The notes under the pieces: generated by a model | What the model was told of the DNA's origin: nothing | Database searches by the model: none | The model's input: only the letters and a program-made list of their open reading frames with translations | Shown: piece after piece, positions 1-13,520 of the stretch | How the letters are laid out: every line of letters begins with the position of its first letter | Position numbering within the stretch: position 1 is the stretch's first letter | Assembly (NCBI GenBank): GCA_025201805.1 | Contig: MU619245.1 | Coordinates: forward strand, 192,697-256,696 | Direction: 5' to 3' | DNA: 64,000 nt | Source of the DNA: Parasitella parasitica NRRL 2501 | Lineage: Eukaryota > Fungi > Mucoromycota | Made by a program: the position numbers and the translations under genes

Positions 1-2
1 AA

Positions 3-1264
3 ATGTATACAACAGACAGTAATTTGAATGGTTGGCTTGGTGTGCTTCTATCATCTTCAGCGTGTGTAGTGGGAGGTAGGCTTTTTTCTGCTCACATTTG
101 CACATCATTAGGAACTGACATTTTATATAAGCTTCCATCGTATTCTTGGATAGGTTTTGTCGTATATCGTTATTAGATAATAGAGCTTTTATGGCATCTT
201 CTATGGCTCTTGCTTCGGGTGTTCTATTATTCTCGTCACTATCAATACTATTCCCACAAGGTCAAAAACGATTAAACAACGACGCATTATTATACTCATG
301 TTACTTTGGTGGTGCGACTTTTACACTTTTATTGACTAAATTAATCCATTACATGATGCCAGATGCCATCCACGCTTGCGGCGATGCATCTGAGAGTTGT
401 CATCATACAGAAGAGAATCAAAACCACCAGCACAATCATACTCGCCACCATGACTCACATCAAGAGAGACAAAAATTAAACAATCATCCATGCGACGTCG
501 AATACGGTGCAATTCGTTCGAGTGAATCCCATTTCAGATTTCACCATCATGATCTTCTCCATAGCAACGAAACGCCACATGAAAACGGCCAGGGCGATGA
601 TACTGCCAGCGAATGCTCTAGCACGCATCATCATAATCATCACGAATCAGTAGAACAAACTGTCAACAATAATCCTGGACATTGCTATAGTATTGGAATT
701 CAGACCGCCATTGCCATTTGCGTGCATAAATTTCCTGGTGAGTAATACTACTTTGGTGGTTATTGTGGGCGAATTCAAATTAACCAATTAACTAGAGGGT
801 CTTATAATGTTTATTTCTACCAAAGCATCTGCTGCACTTGGTTTAAGTGTTGGCATTGCTATGTCAATTCATAATTTGACCGAGGGCTTTATGATAGCTT
901 TACCTTTGTATTACGCTACACGATCGCGTGCGACAGCATTTACATCTGCTGCTATAATGGGTGGTTTCTCTCAGCCATTAGGTGCATTGATTGGCCTGTT
1001 TTTAATTAAAAACATTTCCAAGCAAAGCGAAGATCTGTTGTTTGGTATTGTATTTGGTTGTGTAAGTGGAATGATGTCCCTTATTACCATCCAGGTATGT
1101 TGCTACTGTTTGCATAAGGGAGTTCATATACTAACACCGATTATTTAAAACAGAGCATGCTGCCTCAAGCAATTAGAGCCGATTCTCACCAGCATTACGT
1201 CCTCATTTTTTTCTTTTTGGGTATATTTTTGGTTGGACTTTCTTCAGTCCTTGAAGCTATTTGA
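3..1264 (+). CDS. ZIP-family zinc/iron transporter (Zrt3-like), 4 exons
   Basis: ATG at 3 (MYTTDSNLNGWLGVLLSSSACVVG). GT-AG introns join the ORFs 146-745 and 807-1148 to a last exon ending SSVLEAI-TGA at 1264. Has a His-rich loop, HKFPEG and HNLTEG TM4/TM5 ZIP motifs, and multiple TM segments. Confidence 0.9.
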
Positions 1265-2680
1265 AGCCTTTTACATTGGTCTTTTGTAAATATATTAGTA
1301 ATACTATATCCTAATAATCTGCACTTCTTATCGTCACTTCAACAAATGAAATAGAATAAAAATTTGGATATTTCTGCAAATTGTCTGCCGCCTCTCTTGT
1401 ATTGACAATGCTTATCTATATATTATTAGAAGCCATAATACTGAAAACTAGACTATTGGATATAAGAGCATTAAGGTCAAGTAATATTACAATTCGTCAA
1501 GATCACAGGGACGAGCGCTAACATACAGGTACCTTTGTTACCACTGTAATCAGCCTTCAATCAGAGTGACCTTACACATACTTTGTTTGGCACAGGTGGT
1601 ACAGTGCTTTGCGTTTAAATTTACGTGTATTTTTTTTTAAACAAGTAACACAAGCTAGATGGTCGCTGCGTATGTTTTCTTTCTGCTGTGATACTTATTT
1701 CTTGCGCAAGGCGAATCTTTGATCAAACGTTTGAAGAGGTTAATATGGTGTAAATAGGAACAGGGGAAGGTAAATGCTGCTGTCAAAGTCAGAGACTTAA
1801 AGAAAGGGGATGGTGGATCAGGCGATAAGGAACTAGAAATTCTAATCTTATGCCGCCGCCACAGTGAGTGAACTTTTCTCGTGTTCTGCATGATTGATGT
1901 ACCACAAACTGTGGCAAGGTGCACATCTCCGTATAGTGATTTATGAAAGGTAATTGGCTAGTGCTCTGGCAAATTGGATTGAAAAATAGGGCACAATATA
2001 TTCATATTGCCATTAAATAGTGTGCAATATTTTGAGCTACACAATTATTACTTTTAAGTTTGTATTTTAAGGCATCCTGGCTATTGAATCATACCAAGAC
2101 ACGGTTAAGTTGTCTATGATGTTCATGTCTTGCTTGTCAATTCAAAATGGTCATTCACTGACAGTGATAATGTGAATAAACACAGTGCAGCCTTATCACC
2201 AAAAATTCGTAGTTGGGTTTTTTGTGAAATTTTTTTTATTGCTTAAAAGTTCAATTTTTGCAATAACCACCATCTTTCAGAATATATTTTATAAATATAT
2301 AGAAGTAATCAATGAACCTCGATTACCCTACAGCTGACTATTGAACATCCATAATGTATTTCGCGTGCTCTTTTATTCTTTCTTCTTGGTATTTTTTTTT
2401 GTTGTTGTTGTTGTTCTAATTACTACCGGATACCATTTAATACTGCAATTGACACACTTTCTCATAAGAAGAACGCCTAATGTGAAAACTATTAGCGATT
2501 CCACAACAAAGACCCGAATTTGACTCACAGGGTGATAACTTTTGTTTTTGTATATCATTTGATTTTCACCACAGTGTAACCAGTTACCATCATGAGCGAA
2601 GTTGAACGGAGAAAACTTTCAACTTTGGAGTGATTTTTCTTGTATCCATAGAATACCATGGTTACCGCTATTTTAACTCA

Positions 2681-2694
2681 GTTGTCATGGCAAC
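2681..2694. promoter_or_regulatory. RFX X-box-like palindrome GTTGTCATGGCAAC
   Basis: Near-perfect match to the RFX/Crt1 consensus GTTGCCATGGCAAC. Intergenic, target gene unclear. Confidence 0.35.
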
Positions 2695-3129
2695 CGTTCC
2701 TGATCAGATCTAAGGTTAAATGGCATCGATTATTCTATCTAGTAAATAGAAGTATTCAATAGAATGTCTTGTATAAGGAACCATCTATTTGGGTTCTACT
2801 TATTCTGAATTGCGAAGCTCAACTTATCGATGAGTGATTCACATTCATTAATAACGATTAGTTGATTAAATATAGAAATAGGTTTTGCTCTGACTACTAC
2901 TGTGTTAAAATCTTGTTTGGTAATAAAATGTCCAACATGACCTGATTGTATTCTATAGATTGATTCAGATAGATTTATTCTAATATAAATAGACAGCTTC
3001 TTGTCAATCAATAAATCAATAGTTTTGTATCTGGCAAATTAAGTCTTTATTACTTTTTTATATTCTTTATATCACATACAACCACCTGCTGTGCTCGTTT
3101 TCAAGACCTGGCACAACAATTTTTAGGTA

Positions 3130-4559
3130 TAGATTTGGGGTCCAAACTAAGAATACAGAGTAATACTAATACGATGACTGTACCTCATGACGTTTCCTAA
3201 ATTCCAATATCTATCATTGCTGTCAAGATATTGCCAAAACTTGATTTTTTTTGCTAATTTTGCTGATTTTACAGCATATGTTCCTATAACAAGTACCACA
3301 TTTTGCAATTAATCATGTTCAAATCCTCAAGTAAAGTAATTAAGCACGTTTTTTATATCTACTGGTATTAAACAAGTCTTAGTGAAGCTCGAATTTGACA
3401 AGCTTGAGCCAATTTTGTCTTTTCACATTAAACTTTGTCCGCCTGTTTCTCAAGGAACCGTTAAGACACCGTGGCTTGAGTGATTATTAAAATCTGTTTG
3501 AAACTGAACTCTCTACTAACTGTGTTAATTTTAGATAGATAGGTAGAAAAAAAATTTTTCGTATGTTTTTAGCAGAAGCCTGATTCATTTTCATAACTTT
3601 CAAAGCAATGAATATTATTATAAAAAGACACATGATAAAGCAATTAAAATATAAAGCTACAAAATAGCTACCAAATTTTTTTTGTTTGATTGAAAAATAC
3701 AGATTTTTGAGCGAGATAATGGCGAAAAACAGTATGGTCAATTACCCTTTTGAACAGCTCCATTTTGGCCCTGTAAGTCTAGGGACGAAAATTTGTAGTT
3801 TCATTTTGGTCGAGACAAAATTCTAATTTTTGGCAGCAATAATTAAGCTACAGTTATAAAAAAAATATTGATAAGTAGGTATTGACATGATGGTTTGTTT
3901 GGTTAACTTTATAGAGCTAAATGTGCTCAAAATATGCTTGATTTTACTCAAAAACCATCAAAAAAGGCGTTTTTTGAATATTTGAAGATTGGTTATAAAA
4001 AAATATGCTTTTATAGTCTTGTAATCTATATGGTTAGATGCGTAATTTATTCATTGTTATAAAGCATTTAAGATGCATATCCGGTATACCTAGTGTTTTC
4101 TTGAGATATCTAGCAATGAATTAATGCAAATGTCCCTCGATTCTGGTTTGGGTCAAATGGAAACATACCGCTGAGATTGAATTTACAGTCTCTTTTCTCA
4201 CTGTAAATGAATGCACCACCTATTCTCAATTAAGGAGCAAAAAGCCTGATCCTAATAGGTAACTTGGGTATGTCTCAATATGAATCGATAGCTGAGATGC
4301 TGTATAATACGGCCTCAAAAATTATTTTTACATACCTTATTTTATGGATGAATTAAAAACTACCAAATCTAAAACATTACTCTGCTTCCTGCGTAAGAAT
4401 GTAATCTGCAAGCTCTAATATCTTTGCAAACTATTAAACGATACAGATACAATCTTTAGCTAAAAAAAAATTTTTTAAACCATTCTCTACAACATATCCA
4501 AGACTCATGTACCTCTGACCATTTTCCAGGTTTTGCTTTTTTTGGACCCCAAACTTCTA
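3130..4559. mobile_element. Candidate non-autonomous DNA transposon remnant (about 1.4 kb) with short terminal inverted repeats
   Basis: TTTGGGGTCCAAA at 3134-3146 and its exact reverse complement at 4541-4553, extendable outward to TAGA/TCTA with a 2-nt gap. The interior is very AT-rich and non-coding. No clear TSD other than a possible TA. Confidence 0.4.
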
Positions 4560-5212
4560 ATTATAACGCATTGACTCTCGGACCAATGCTCCATTCATGA
4601 GAATCGATTTACGACAAACTTGATCTTATAAATACCAAGATGCTTTGTTTAAGATAAAACTTTAGAATACCTTTATAATAAAGACCCCAGACTTGATTAT
4701 AATTGATTTTCGTCAAATTTACTACATTCATGTGTGCATATTATAATAGAGCTGCTGCGCGTTCTTAATTATGAATAAGTAGCAAGGTATAATGGCACAC
4801 AATAGCTTTGAAAAGCGAGCTATGCATATGACATAATCTCAAAAGATGGTGATTCTTATAGGTAGCATCTAGTAAGTAAATTTATAAAGAATGTCATATG
4901 CAAAATAAAATAAAATATACTGTAGCAAACGCACAGAAAGACGACAGCTGTTCGAGCCTGTGAACGCTTTTGCTCTTGAATCTTTTATATATCTTGTCTT
5001 GCTTTTTATCTCGTTTATGGACTCTTTGAGTGATATCCCGTTTCATAATAATTGGCCAATGGTAGGGTATCAATGCAGTCAACTGTGATGTGCGTTCATG
5101 TGGCACCAAGAAACCCAAATGTGGATAAATAATCTTATACAGCTTCGACTCCTAAAAAAACTTTTTTTCTTTCATTACTTTCTCTTTTTTCTAAACCGGT
5201 ATATACCCCTAA

Positions 5213-8149
5213 ATGACAGCTGAAACAAAGGAATCACCTAAACTGAATGGAGGAAACTCACCGTCACTACGGCCAGGAACACTTCGAGTAAAATGAGAAG
5301 CGAATAGTCATTAAACAAAGCCATTGACTAACCCATTTCCCTCCTCCCCCAAGATAACAATCAATAGTTGCTTTCTTAATTCACCCGTAAAACGCCCATA
5401 TGTTACAGTAACTCTTGGAGGTATGAAGCTTCTCATTTACGTTTTTGATTTGGACATTTGGCTTAATAATCTGTAATAGATCAGTATCATAAAACCTCTA
5501 TTTCAGAGTACTCACAAGGATCATGGAACGAGGGATTTGAACTCAAGGTGACCTACCACAACCAATTGTTTGATACTATTCAGCTTGATCTGTATGATAG
5601 CAATACGTTTTTCTTGGACAAACATGTCGGAAGAGCAGAGATACGACTCAAAAACTTGGAAGGCATGCCAGAAATCTTCACCAGCTATTATGAAGTGTTG
5701 GAAAAAAGATTATCCCTTGGTGCGACCTCACAAGTTAGTCGGAAAGCCTTAATGACATCAGGTGTAGGCGCTATCCAGGCCGAAATTGCATATCAATACT
5801 GTTGCACAAAAAAGGAACAGTCGGCAGCAACAGTAGACAGGGCCATGTCTGTCGATCTCTCCGAAATGAATTGGCTCATAGATCAGCACAAGAGAGCTCT
5901 GTCTTCAGCGTCAATAGATAACATAGACAATACACTCAAAGATGATAATGACGATCAGGGCTTGGACGAGGAGTTCAGAAGACAGCTGAAAAGTCAACGA
6001 AAAAACGATGATATCAAGTTCAAAAAGTTCGAGTACAATAAAGCCAACGAGGGCGATGATGACAATGTGATGGAAGACTATCCAGATGATAGCGACAGCG
6101 AAAACGAAGAACTGGCCAACAAAACCTCTTGTTTGCCATCGAGCAGACTACCCCTGACGTATTCTGTATCACGCGCAAATAGCACTATCAGCACCAACAC
6201 CAACACCACAACAACATCAACAGTAGCAGTGGAGGAAAAGAGCGCAGATGGCAGTGGTAATGGTGGTATATTTGGAACTTTTTCTTCCTTCTTTGGCTAT
6301 GCAACAAGCAAAAGTGTGAATGAACCTGTAAATAGAGAACTACGGCCATCAGTGAAATCTAACGAACACATCGACACTGATGACGATACATTAAAGTCAT
6401 TTCCGATATTGGACACGATCGGTTCCTGGACAATGGCCAAGGAGACCAATCAAGTGTTCCGTGCAATTGGTAAATTATTAGTAGCTTTTGTAAGTTGACG
6501 TATACATATCGTACAAATTTCACTTACACACACACACACACAAATACGTAGGGCCAAGGGTTCGAATTGTCGAATTTTCAAATACTATCAGGATTCAATG
6601 TAGTAGAAAAGTTTTATAGTGATTTACCCAGAGAAAGGACATGGGATCTGGTCGAAGACGTCTCTGAAATCGCAACAGCTTCCTACATGTGGCGATATGC
6701 CATGGCTTCATATGGCTGGAAAGGCCTGAATTTCATTGGAAAAGGCAACGGCATATTTTCAGATGCCGTAAGGTCTCAATCTGATGCTTTATCAATTATT
6801 GAGCATTTAGAGATACCTAAAGAGGACCTGTTGGCTTATGAATTTAGAGCAAATGCCGCATTTAGACCAAGCTATTTCATTGCTAGAGATAGAAAACTGA
6901 ATGCGATCGTGCTGAGCATCCGAGGCACAATGGTATGTGGGATGGCAATATCCAGCGCCCAAATCATTGTCGCTCTGCTAACGAATAATATTTGCATAGA
7001 GCACTTTTGATACAATGACAGACCTGGTTTGCGAATACGAACCCTGGAAAGGTGGGCTCGTTCACAAAGGAATGAAGGTGCGTATGTTCTACTGTGACAT
7101 TATGCAAGCTGTCTAATGCACGTAGGATAGTCATCAGCAACTTGGTTCTTTCGACATATTGCACCAAAACTGATTGCCTATGTAAACAAGCACTCTACAA
7201 CCTCATTGTACATTGTCGGCCACAGTCTTGGGGCGTCTACCAGTGCTATTTTAACCATCATGTTGCTAGACTACATAAATGAATTCAGACAGGGTAAAGA
7301 TGGCAATTTCTCAATATATAGTGTTGGTTATGCTCCTGCCTGCGGTTTGAGTCTTGACTTGGCAAACCGATACAAGGTACATTTTTGAGTCCCTTTGAGG
7401 CCAGAAAGAGTATCTAATCACAACAGTATGCGCATAGGATCAAATTCAGTCGATAGTGTTTGCAGATGATTTTGTTAGCAAATTGAGTTATGGGTCGATG
7501 ATGGACGTCAAAGAGCTGATCATTGCTGGCGCTGAAGCCGCAAAGGATATAGGGCTTGGCCAACTCATCTGGGCAGGTGAAGTAGACAACAAGATCTGGA
7601 AAGCAGCTTTTGAAAGAGTGGCAGAATGTCGCAAAAAGTGCTTGGAAAGTATGTCGAACCCAAGAGTATGTATTCTCTTCTAGTACAATAATGGATATTG
7701 CGATTATTTAACATTTCGGCTTCTAACGGCCATATAGTTGTATGTTGCAGGAACTGTTTACCAATTCTGGCTAGTGTGTACATGGCGAATTAAACCTCTA
7801 AATGGAATCTAATAATTTTTGTAAATAGGACCCAACCCCTAAAAACAAATCTCGTATTGTGATTGAAAGAAGCACCCCTGAGAAGGTGTCTACCGAACTA
7901 ATCCTTCGTATGTCAATCTTGCTTGACCACTTGCCTACCAATTTTGATGTTGCTTTCAAAAGAGCCCTGGAGTCGTTAAAGAACGATGATGAAAGAGACC
8001 AAAACAGCAATGTTAGTTTAGAAAGCAGTGGTACGGGAGGAAAGCAATCTATGGATGAGCGGATGTTCCAATCTGTCGCAGAGGCTGGATTGCAAAGAAC
8101 TACCACGAGAGGTGGAGGGGAAGGCACAGTGCTTGATAGCCAGCAGTGA
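5213..8149 (+). CDS. C2-domain, class 3 lipase (DAG-lipase-like), multi-exon
   Basis: ATG 5213. C2-type segment (WNEGFELKV...LDLYD...HVGRAEI), then lipase-3 motifs IVLSIRGT, GLVHKGM, YIVGHSLGA and DDFVSKLS. Stop TGA at 8149. About 9 GT-AG introns. Confidence 0.85.
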
Positions 8150-8373
8150 TTACTAAACTAAATTTTGTATAAAAAAAAGTCTATTTAAAAGCACATGCAT
8201 ATGTCCGCATTAGATTATTAAAACATCATTTTATATACGTGTATCTGTAGAATCTAGGAGATATTTTGGATAGCAAAAATTGCTAGCGTAGTATATTGAC
8301 CAACATTTAGAAAAGGACAAGGATCAAGCTGATTATGGTTTAATATATTTGATATATAGTTTGTATTAAAGGT

Positions 8374-9955
8374 TTAATATTCTTCGTTTTCTTCCATCTC
8401 GGAATCACCCAAAGAATCAGCGCCAACCTCTTCATAATCCTTTTCAAGGGCGGCTAAATCCTCACGAGCTTCTGAGAATTCGCCTTCCTCCATGCCCTCA
8501 CCTACATACCAATGCACAAAAGCGCGCTTGGCGTACATCAAATCAAATTTGTGGTCAAGGCGGGCCCACGCTTCAGCAATGGCAGTGGTATTGGAGAGCA
8601 TGCAAACAGCACGTTGAACAGTAGCGAGATCGCCTCCAGGAACATTTGTAGGAGGTTGATTATTGATGCCCACTTTGAAGCCAGTAGGACACCAATCAAC
8701 AAACTGGATTGACTTTTTGGTCTTGATGGCAGAGATAGCAGCGTTGGTATCTTTGGGCACAACGTCGCCACGATACAATAAACAGCAGGCCATATATTTG
8801 CCATTACGGGGGTCGCATTTTACCATTTGGTTGTTGGGTTCAAAACAAGCGGAGGTAATCTCAGGTACAGACATCTGCTCGTGGGAGGCCTTGGGAGTAG
8901 AGATAATAGGAGCATATGTTACCAATGGGAAATGAATTCTAGGATAAGGCACTAAATTGGTTTGGAATTCGTTCAAATCCACGTTGAGAGAACCATCAAA
9001 ACGAAGGGATGCAGTGATGGACGACACCACCTGAGCAATCAAGCGATTCAAGTTGGAGTAAGTGGGACTTTCAATATCCAAATTGCGGCGACAGATGTCG
9101 TAAATGGCCTCGTTGTCTACCATAAATGAAACATCCGAGTGCTCCAGGGTGGTGTGTGTGGTCAAAATGGAGTTGTAAGGCTCAACAACAGAGGTCGAGA
9201 GCTGAGGAGCAGGATAGACAGAGAACTCGAGCTTTGATTTTTTGCCATAGTCAACAGATAAGCGCTCCATTAACAGGGCACCAAAACCAGAGCCAGTACC
9301 ACCGCCGAAAGAGTGGAAAACCAAAAATCCCTGAAGACCCGAGCAGTTATCAGCCAACTTGCGAATGCGATCCAATACATTGTCGACCATCTCTTTTCCA
9401 ACAGTGTAGTGACCACGAGCATAATTGTTTGCAGCATCTTCTTTACCGCTGATCAATTGTTCTGTATGCAGACACTTGTTTATGATCATGTTGTAAATGT
9501 TCCTAAATCAACTTACCAGGATGGAAAAGCTCACGGTAGGCACCAGTGCGAGTCTCATCAATGACGGACGGCTCCAGATCAACCATAACTGTGCGAGGAA
9601 CATGTTTGCCGCCTTCAGTCTCTGAGAAGAAGGTTTCGAACCTTGAGGTTTTTATGAGAACAATGAACTAGTCTCGGGGATAAGACTATACTTACGAGTG
9701 ATCATTTACATGAGTTCCTTCTGGGAATCGGCCATCAGGCAAGATGCCGTGTTCATGGCAGTACTAATGAATACAGCAACGTCTCAGCTACGCAACCAAA
9801 CACAATACAGATATAAATAACTTACCAATTCCCAACAGGCGTTACCAATCTGGACACCTGCCTGGCCTGTTATGAAAATGTTAGCCTCCATGACGAAACC
9901 CTTTGCCTGCTGTGCCATAAGACTTACCAACATGAAGCGAAATGACTTCTCTCAT
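8374..9955 (-). CDS. TUB1: Alpha-tubulin
   Basis: [23 protein letters not shown] in short 5' exons, GGGTGSG signature, [11 protein letters not shown]-terminal EEY. Confidence 0.97.
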
Positions 9956-11048
9956 TTATTGTTTTGAATTAAAAGTGATGGGTGTTTGCAAGAGTTAAGA
10001 TTTGGTAAAAGCTAAGGTACCAAATACTCGAAAGAAAAAAATTAATAAAGAGGAAAAAGAAAAAAAAAAAAAAATATCTGTGATCCCCAATTAAATTGCT
10101 GTGGAATGAGATATTTTTTTTTTTCGCGCTGCTGGCTTGCGTTTAATCGCGCACCTCGTTCTTGAAATCACGACTTGTCCCTTTCGTCTCTATTATGTCC
10201 AATTGATGCTAGGAGGAGGAAAGAAAAAAAAAAAGGGTCTCTCTGATCCATGATTAATTGGCTTCAGGGGATACAATTTGATTAAACAATAAGGTAACGG
10301 TTTATGCAAGTTTAATTTGTATTATTCAACAAGGAAAGTGTAACATGAAGCCTTTTTTTTTTTTTTTTTTTTTNNNNNNNNNNNNNNNNNNNNNNNNNNN
10401 NNNNNNNNNNNNNNNNNNNNNNNNNNNNNNNNNCAAACTCGTAGACGGGATCAAATCATCATCGATCTGCTACGAGAAAACGTATCTAGATTCCTGGAAA
10501 AAACAAGATTAATTACTGCTAATTGCCCTACAGGCTCTGACTCATTATGTTGTTGGACGGCATCGTAACTATGGCAACTACAATTTTGCTGGCAACAAGG
10601 TATGATTATCTTTCTTGTAAAAATCACTCGAGGTTTTGGCAGGAGATGATTGCACCTTACTTGCGCTGTGGAAAAGGTAATACAAGGCTATCAAACACAA
10701 TGATTCTGCAGTATGACTGGAAACGGGCTTGGGGATGAAGGCTATTATACGTTACTGATGCCCAAGTTGTTTGGGATTTACATTTGTTGATTTTGCGTTG
10801 AGAAACGTGACCTGAAAAACCTCCAATCAAATGTAGACTTGTGAGAGCATGTGTAGATGTTTACCTAAACGAGGGACAGAAGATCCATGCCATTTCATTC
10901 TAAATGATCATTGGTAATAATATGTAGGACCCCTCACGTATTTATAACAGAAATCACACGTACTTGTTTACACCTCTCTTTCTTCTTCTTATCTTTCAAA
11001 GATACATACACACATACACACATACACACATATATATTTATATACAAA

Positions 11049-12245
11049 ATGACAGCATCACCAGAAACAACCGGCAAAAGAAAAAACTCGGTAGTCAAAG
11101 ATGAAAAGACAGGTCAGACGCCCAAACGTCAAGCAACAGAAGAGAATTCAGCATCTGCGTCAACGCCACAACCACAGCCACCCTTGGTAGCTCTTCCACC
11201 ACCGTTAATGCAATATCCAAATGGACAGTTTGTGTCTGTTGTTCAGCAGCCGTATTACCACATGTATCATCCACAGCAGCCTATTTATTACCCTATTAGT
11301 CCCCAGCAGCATCCGTTTCTAAGCCCTACTATGCCACCAACTCAGGAAACATCTTCTAATGTAAAGAAATCAACCACACCACGCATCCTGCCCAAAAATC
11401 CAGAGTCTCCAGGCATGTATCCTCTGCAACCACCGCATCAACAATCACCCATGTCGCCAATGTCACCATTTTATCATCCCTACAGCCTACAAATGTCGCC
11501 CACGTTAATGCCTTCGTCTTATGTCTCGGGCAGACACAGCTCTATCTCGAGTTCGCCTGGGCTTGGACCAAGCGCTGCTGCTACGACACAAACAATGACA
11601 ACTGCAGATCAAAGAGAAAAGGCACGAAAGGTGTCCCACAGCGCCATCGAACGGCGAAGAAGAGAGCGTATCAATGACAAAATCCTTCAGCTGAAGCAGC
11701 TAATACCATCCTGTGTTGAACAAGACAATCTTCATAAAATGTCCATCCTGCAAAGTGCAATTGACTACATTTCCTACTTGAAGGACATTGTCAAGAAACT
11801 GGACGAAAAATCCGGTGGGGACGAGCTGCTTAAAGGCGACCATCTCAAGGTGAAGACTCAAAAGTCCATGCTGCCGAAAGAAGTGGAGCCATTCACAAAC
11901 CAATTTTCAGTCTACCCTGCTGCGACCATAACAAAAACGCAGGAAGCTGATAAGGACCTTTTACAATCTGATCTTGTTATTGTGGAACATCAGAAGGGTT
12001 TAAAGCCAATGGATATCATCAAATCTGGCACACCTATTATTTCTACTGGCGCAACCCCTTTGACTCCTCCACAGGAGCCACAGCAAGATGGTTTAACAAG
12101 TGCAACTAGTACAGATACCAACTTTAAAACAAACGCACCAAGCGAATCTCCTCCCCCACCTCCTCCATCTACCACCACCACGGCTACAGCCACAACATCT
12201 GACGAGACAAAGCACATGAGTTTACGGAATATTCTGTGTGAATGA
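11049..12245 (+). CDS. bHLH transcription factor (E-box binding class)
   Basis: KVSHSAIERRRRERINDKILQLKQLIP...KMSILQSAIDYISYL. P/Q/S-rich flanks. ATG 11049 is in good AAAATG context within ORF 10911-12245. Confidence 0.9.
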   Translation: MTASPETTGKRKNSVVKDEKTGQTPKRQATEENSASASTPQPQPPLVALPPPLMQYPNGQFVSVVQQPYYHMYHPQQPIYYPISPQQHPFLSPTMPPTQETSSNVKKSTTPRILPKNPESPGMYPLQPPHQQSPMSPMSPFYHPYSLQMSPTLMPSSYVSGRHSSISSSPGLGPSAAATTQTMTTADQREKARKVSHSAIERRRRERINDKILQLKQLIPSCVEQDNLHKMSILQSAIDYISYLKDIVKKLDEKSGGDELLKGDHLKVKTQKSMLPKEVEPFTNQFSVYPAATITKTQEADKDLLQSDLVIVEHQKGLKPMDIIKSGTPIISTGATPLTPPQEPQQDGLTSATSTDTNFKTNAPSESPPPPPPSTTTTATATTSDETKHMSLRNILCE

Positions 12246-12479
12246 ATCTGTTAAATAAAGATATATTTATATAAAAAAGGGCCTTGTATACATCAGTTCA
12301 TGTGCTCCTCGTTACCAAATGTTCATTGGCTTTTCGAGCGACATGATACGGGTATAATATGCAAAATTGTGTGCTGGTGTGATACTAAAACCCACCGCAG
12401 TTGCTATAAATAGAAATAAATTGAAAGCTTGATATTACAACATGCTTGAATAGCACGTAGCGTTGGAGCTTTGTTGTGT

Positions 12480-13290
12480 TTCCATGAAAGACTCTCTACC
12501 TGTATAAATATGGACCAGCATAATGACAAACACACCTTGCGAAATACAAATCAGGGCTGTCGACATCAAATCACAGCATCAGGGTTTTGGTTGACAAGAG
12601 AGGAGGGTTTAGTCTCATCCAATGGACAATCTGTTCAATGACTTGACTTGAACGTTTTGTCGGAAGCAATGCAAGTAGAAATTCGGACTATTAGGATCTG
12701 GAAGCAAAATTGCGATTCTTGCACCGTCAATTTTGCAGGCATCAATATTACCTTGCGCACACGAAATGTGTGCAAACGATAGACACTCCCGGACGAATAC
12801 GTGCGTTGACATACACGGCAATAATGGTTGGTATCGTAGACGAGAGGTTTCGGACCCGACCTCCTCGCATTTTCCACAATATTTGAAGTCGCATGACCGA
12901 CAACAGGAATTGAGGCCAGTTGGATCATCTATTTTTTTTTTTTTCATTTGAAATCTCAAAGAAAGTTGAAAACTTTGATTTGCACGCTCTACAATAGCAG
13001 TTTGGATCATGGGCATCTGGCTACAAACTCAAGCACTTTGAACATTTTTCATCGAGAAACGTGTAATGAATTAGCTCGCGATGCTTTAAAAGTAATTCGA
13101 TATTTGGCAGTTGTACGTTTGCAAATGTCGCAACGACAGCCGTATTCAATTTTCAGTTTGGCTGTAACTGCAATGAAAAATTGTGTTTTTTAACAGATCC
13201 CAAAATGTAATATATACCTAGATTTGGCTTAAAAGGCTTTCATGCTTTGTCGTGTTCTCTTGCTTGACTTGAATCTTCTGGTTAGTTTCA
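12480..13290 (-). pseudogene. Decayed tandem C2H2 zinc-finger gene
   Basis: Fragments in shifting frames: CRCDICKR...KHRELIH, PDAHDPNCYCRACKSKF, DDPTGLNSCCRSCDFKY, YDTNHYCRVCQRTY, PDPNSPNFY/CIASDKTF and DVDSPDLYFARC. Frameshifts, stops and lost Cys/His ligands. Ends are approximate. Confidence 0.65.
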
Positions 13291-13412
13291 ATACAGTTTT
13301 TTTTTTTTTTTTTTTTTTTTTTTATGGCTCTACAAGGTACTTGCAAATATCAATAAACCACTTTTTTACGGATAAGCATTTGAGATAAGCTAGTATAGTG
13401 AGGATGTCTTGA

Positions 13413-13426
13413 GTTTCCATGACAAC
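13413..13426. promoter_or_regulatory. RFX X-box-like site GTTTCCATGACAAC
   Basis: Matches the RFX consensus. Lies about 600 bp upstream of hmgA, next to two GATAAG motifs. Confidence 0.3.
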
Positions 13427-13520
13427 CCCACCTTGGGGCAAGGAAAATCAGTATATCAGAGATTCAGCTACCCAGATCATCCAATAAACAGCTTTTTAGT
13501 GCCCCTCGCTTGTATCTAAC

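Noticed and set aside
1655-2560. Small ORFs and CACAG/GTGATAA-type motifs in the first intergenic region
   Set aside because: No convincing TIR pair, protein motif or codon signal.
10434-10790. Exon-like fragments after the N gap between tubulin and the bHLH gene
   Set aside because: No coherent spliced frame or recognisable product.
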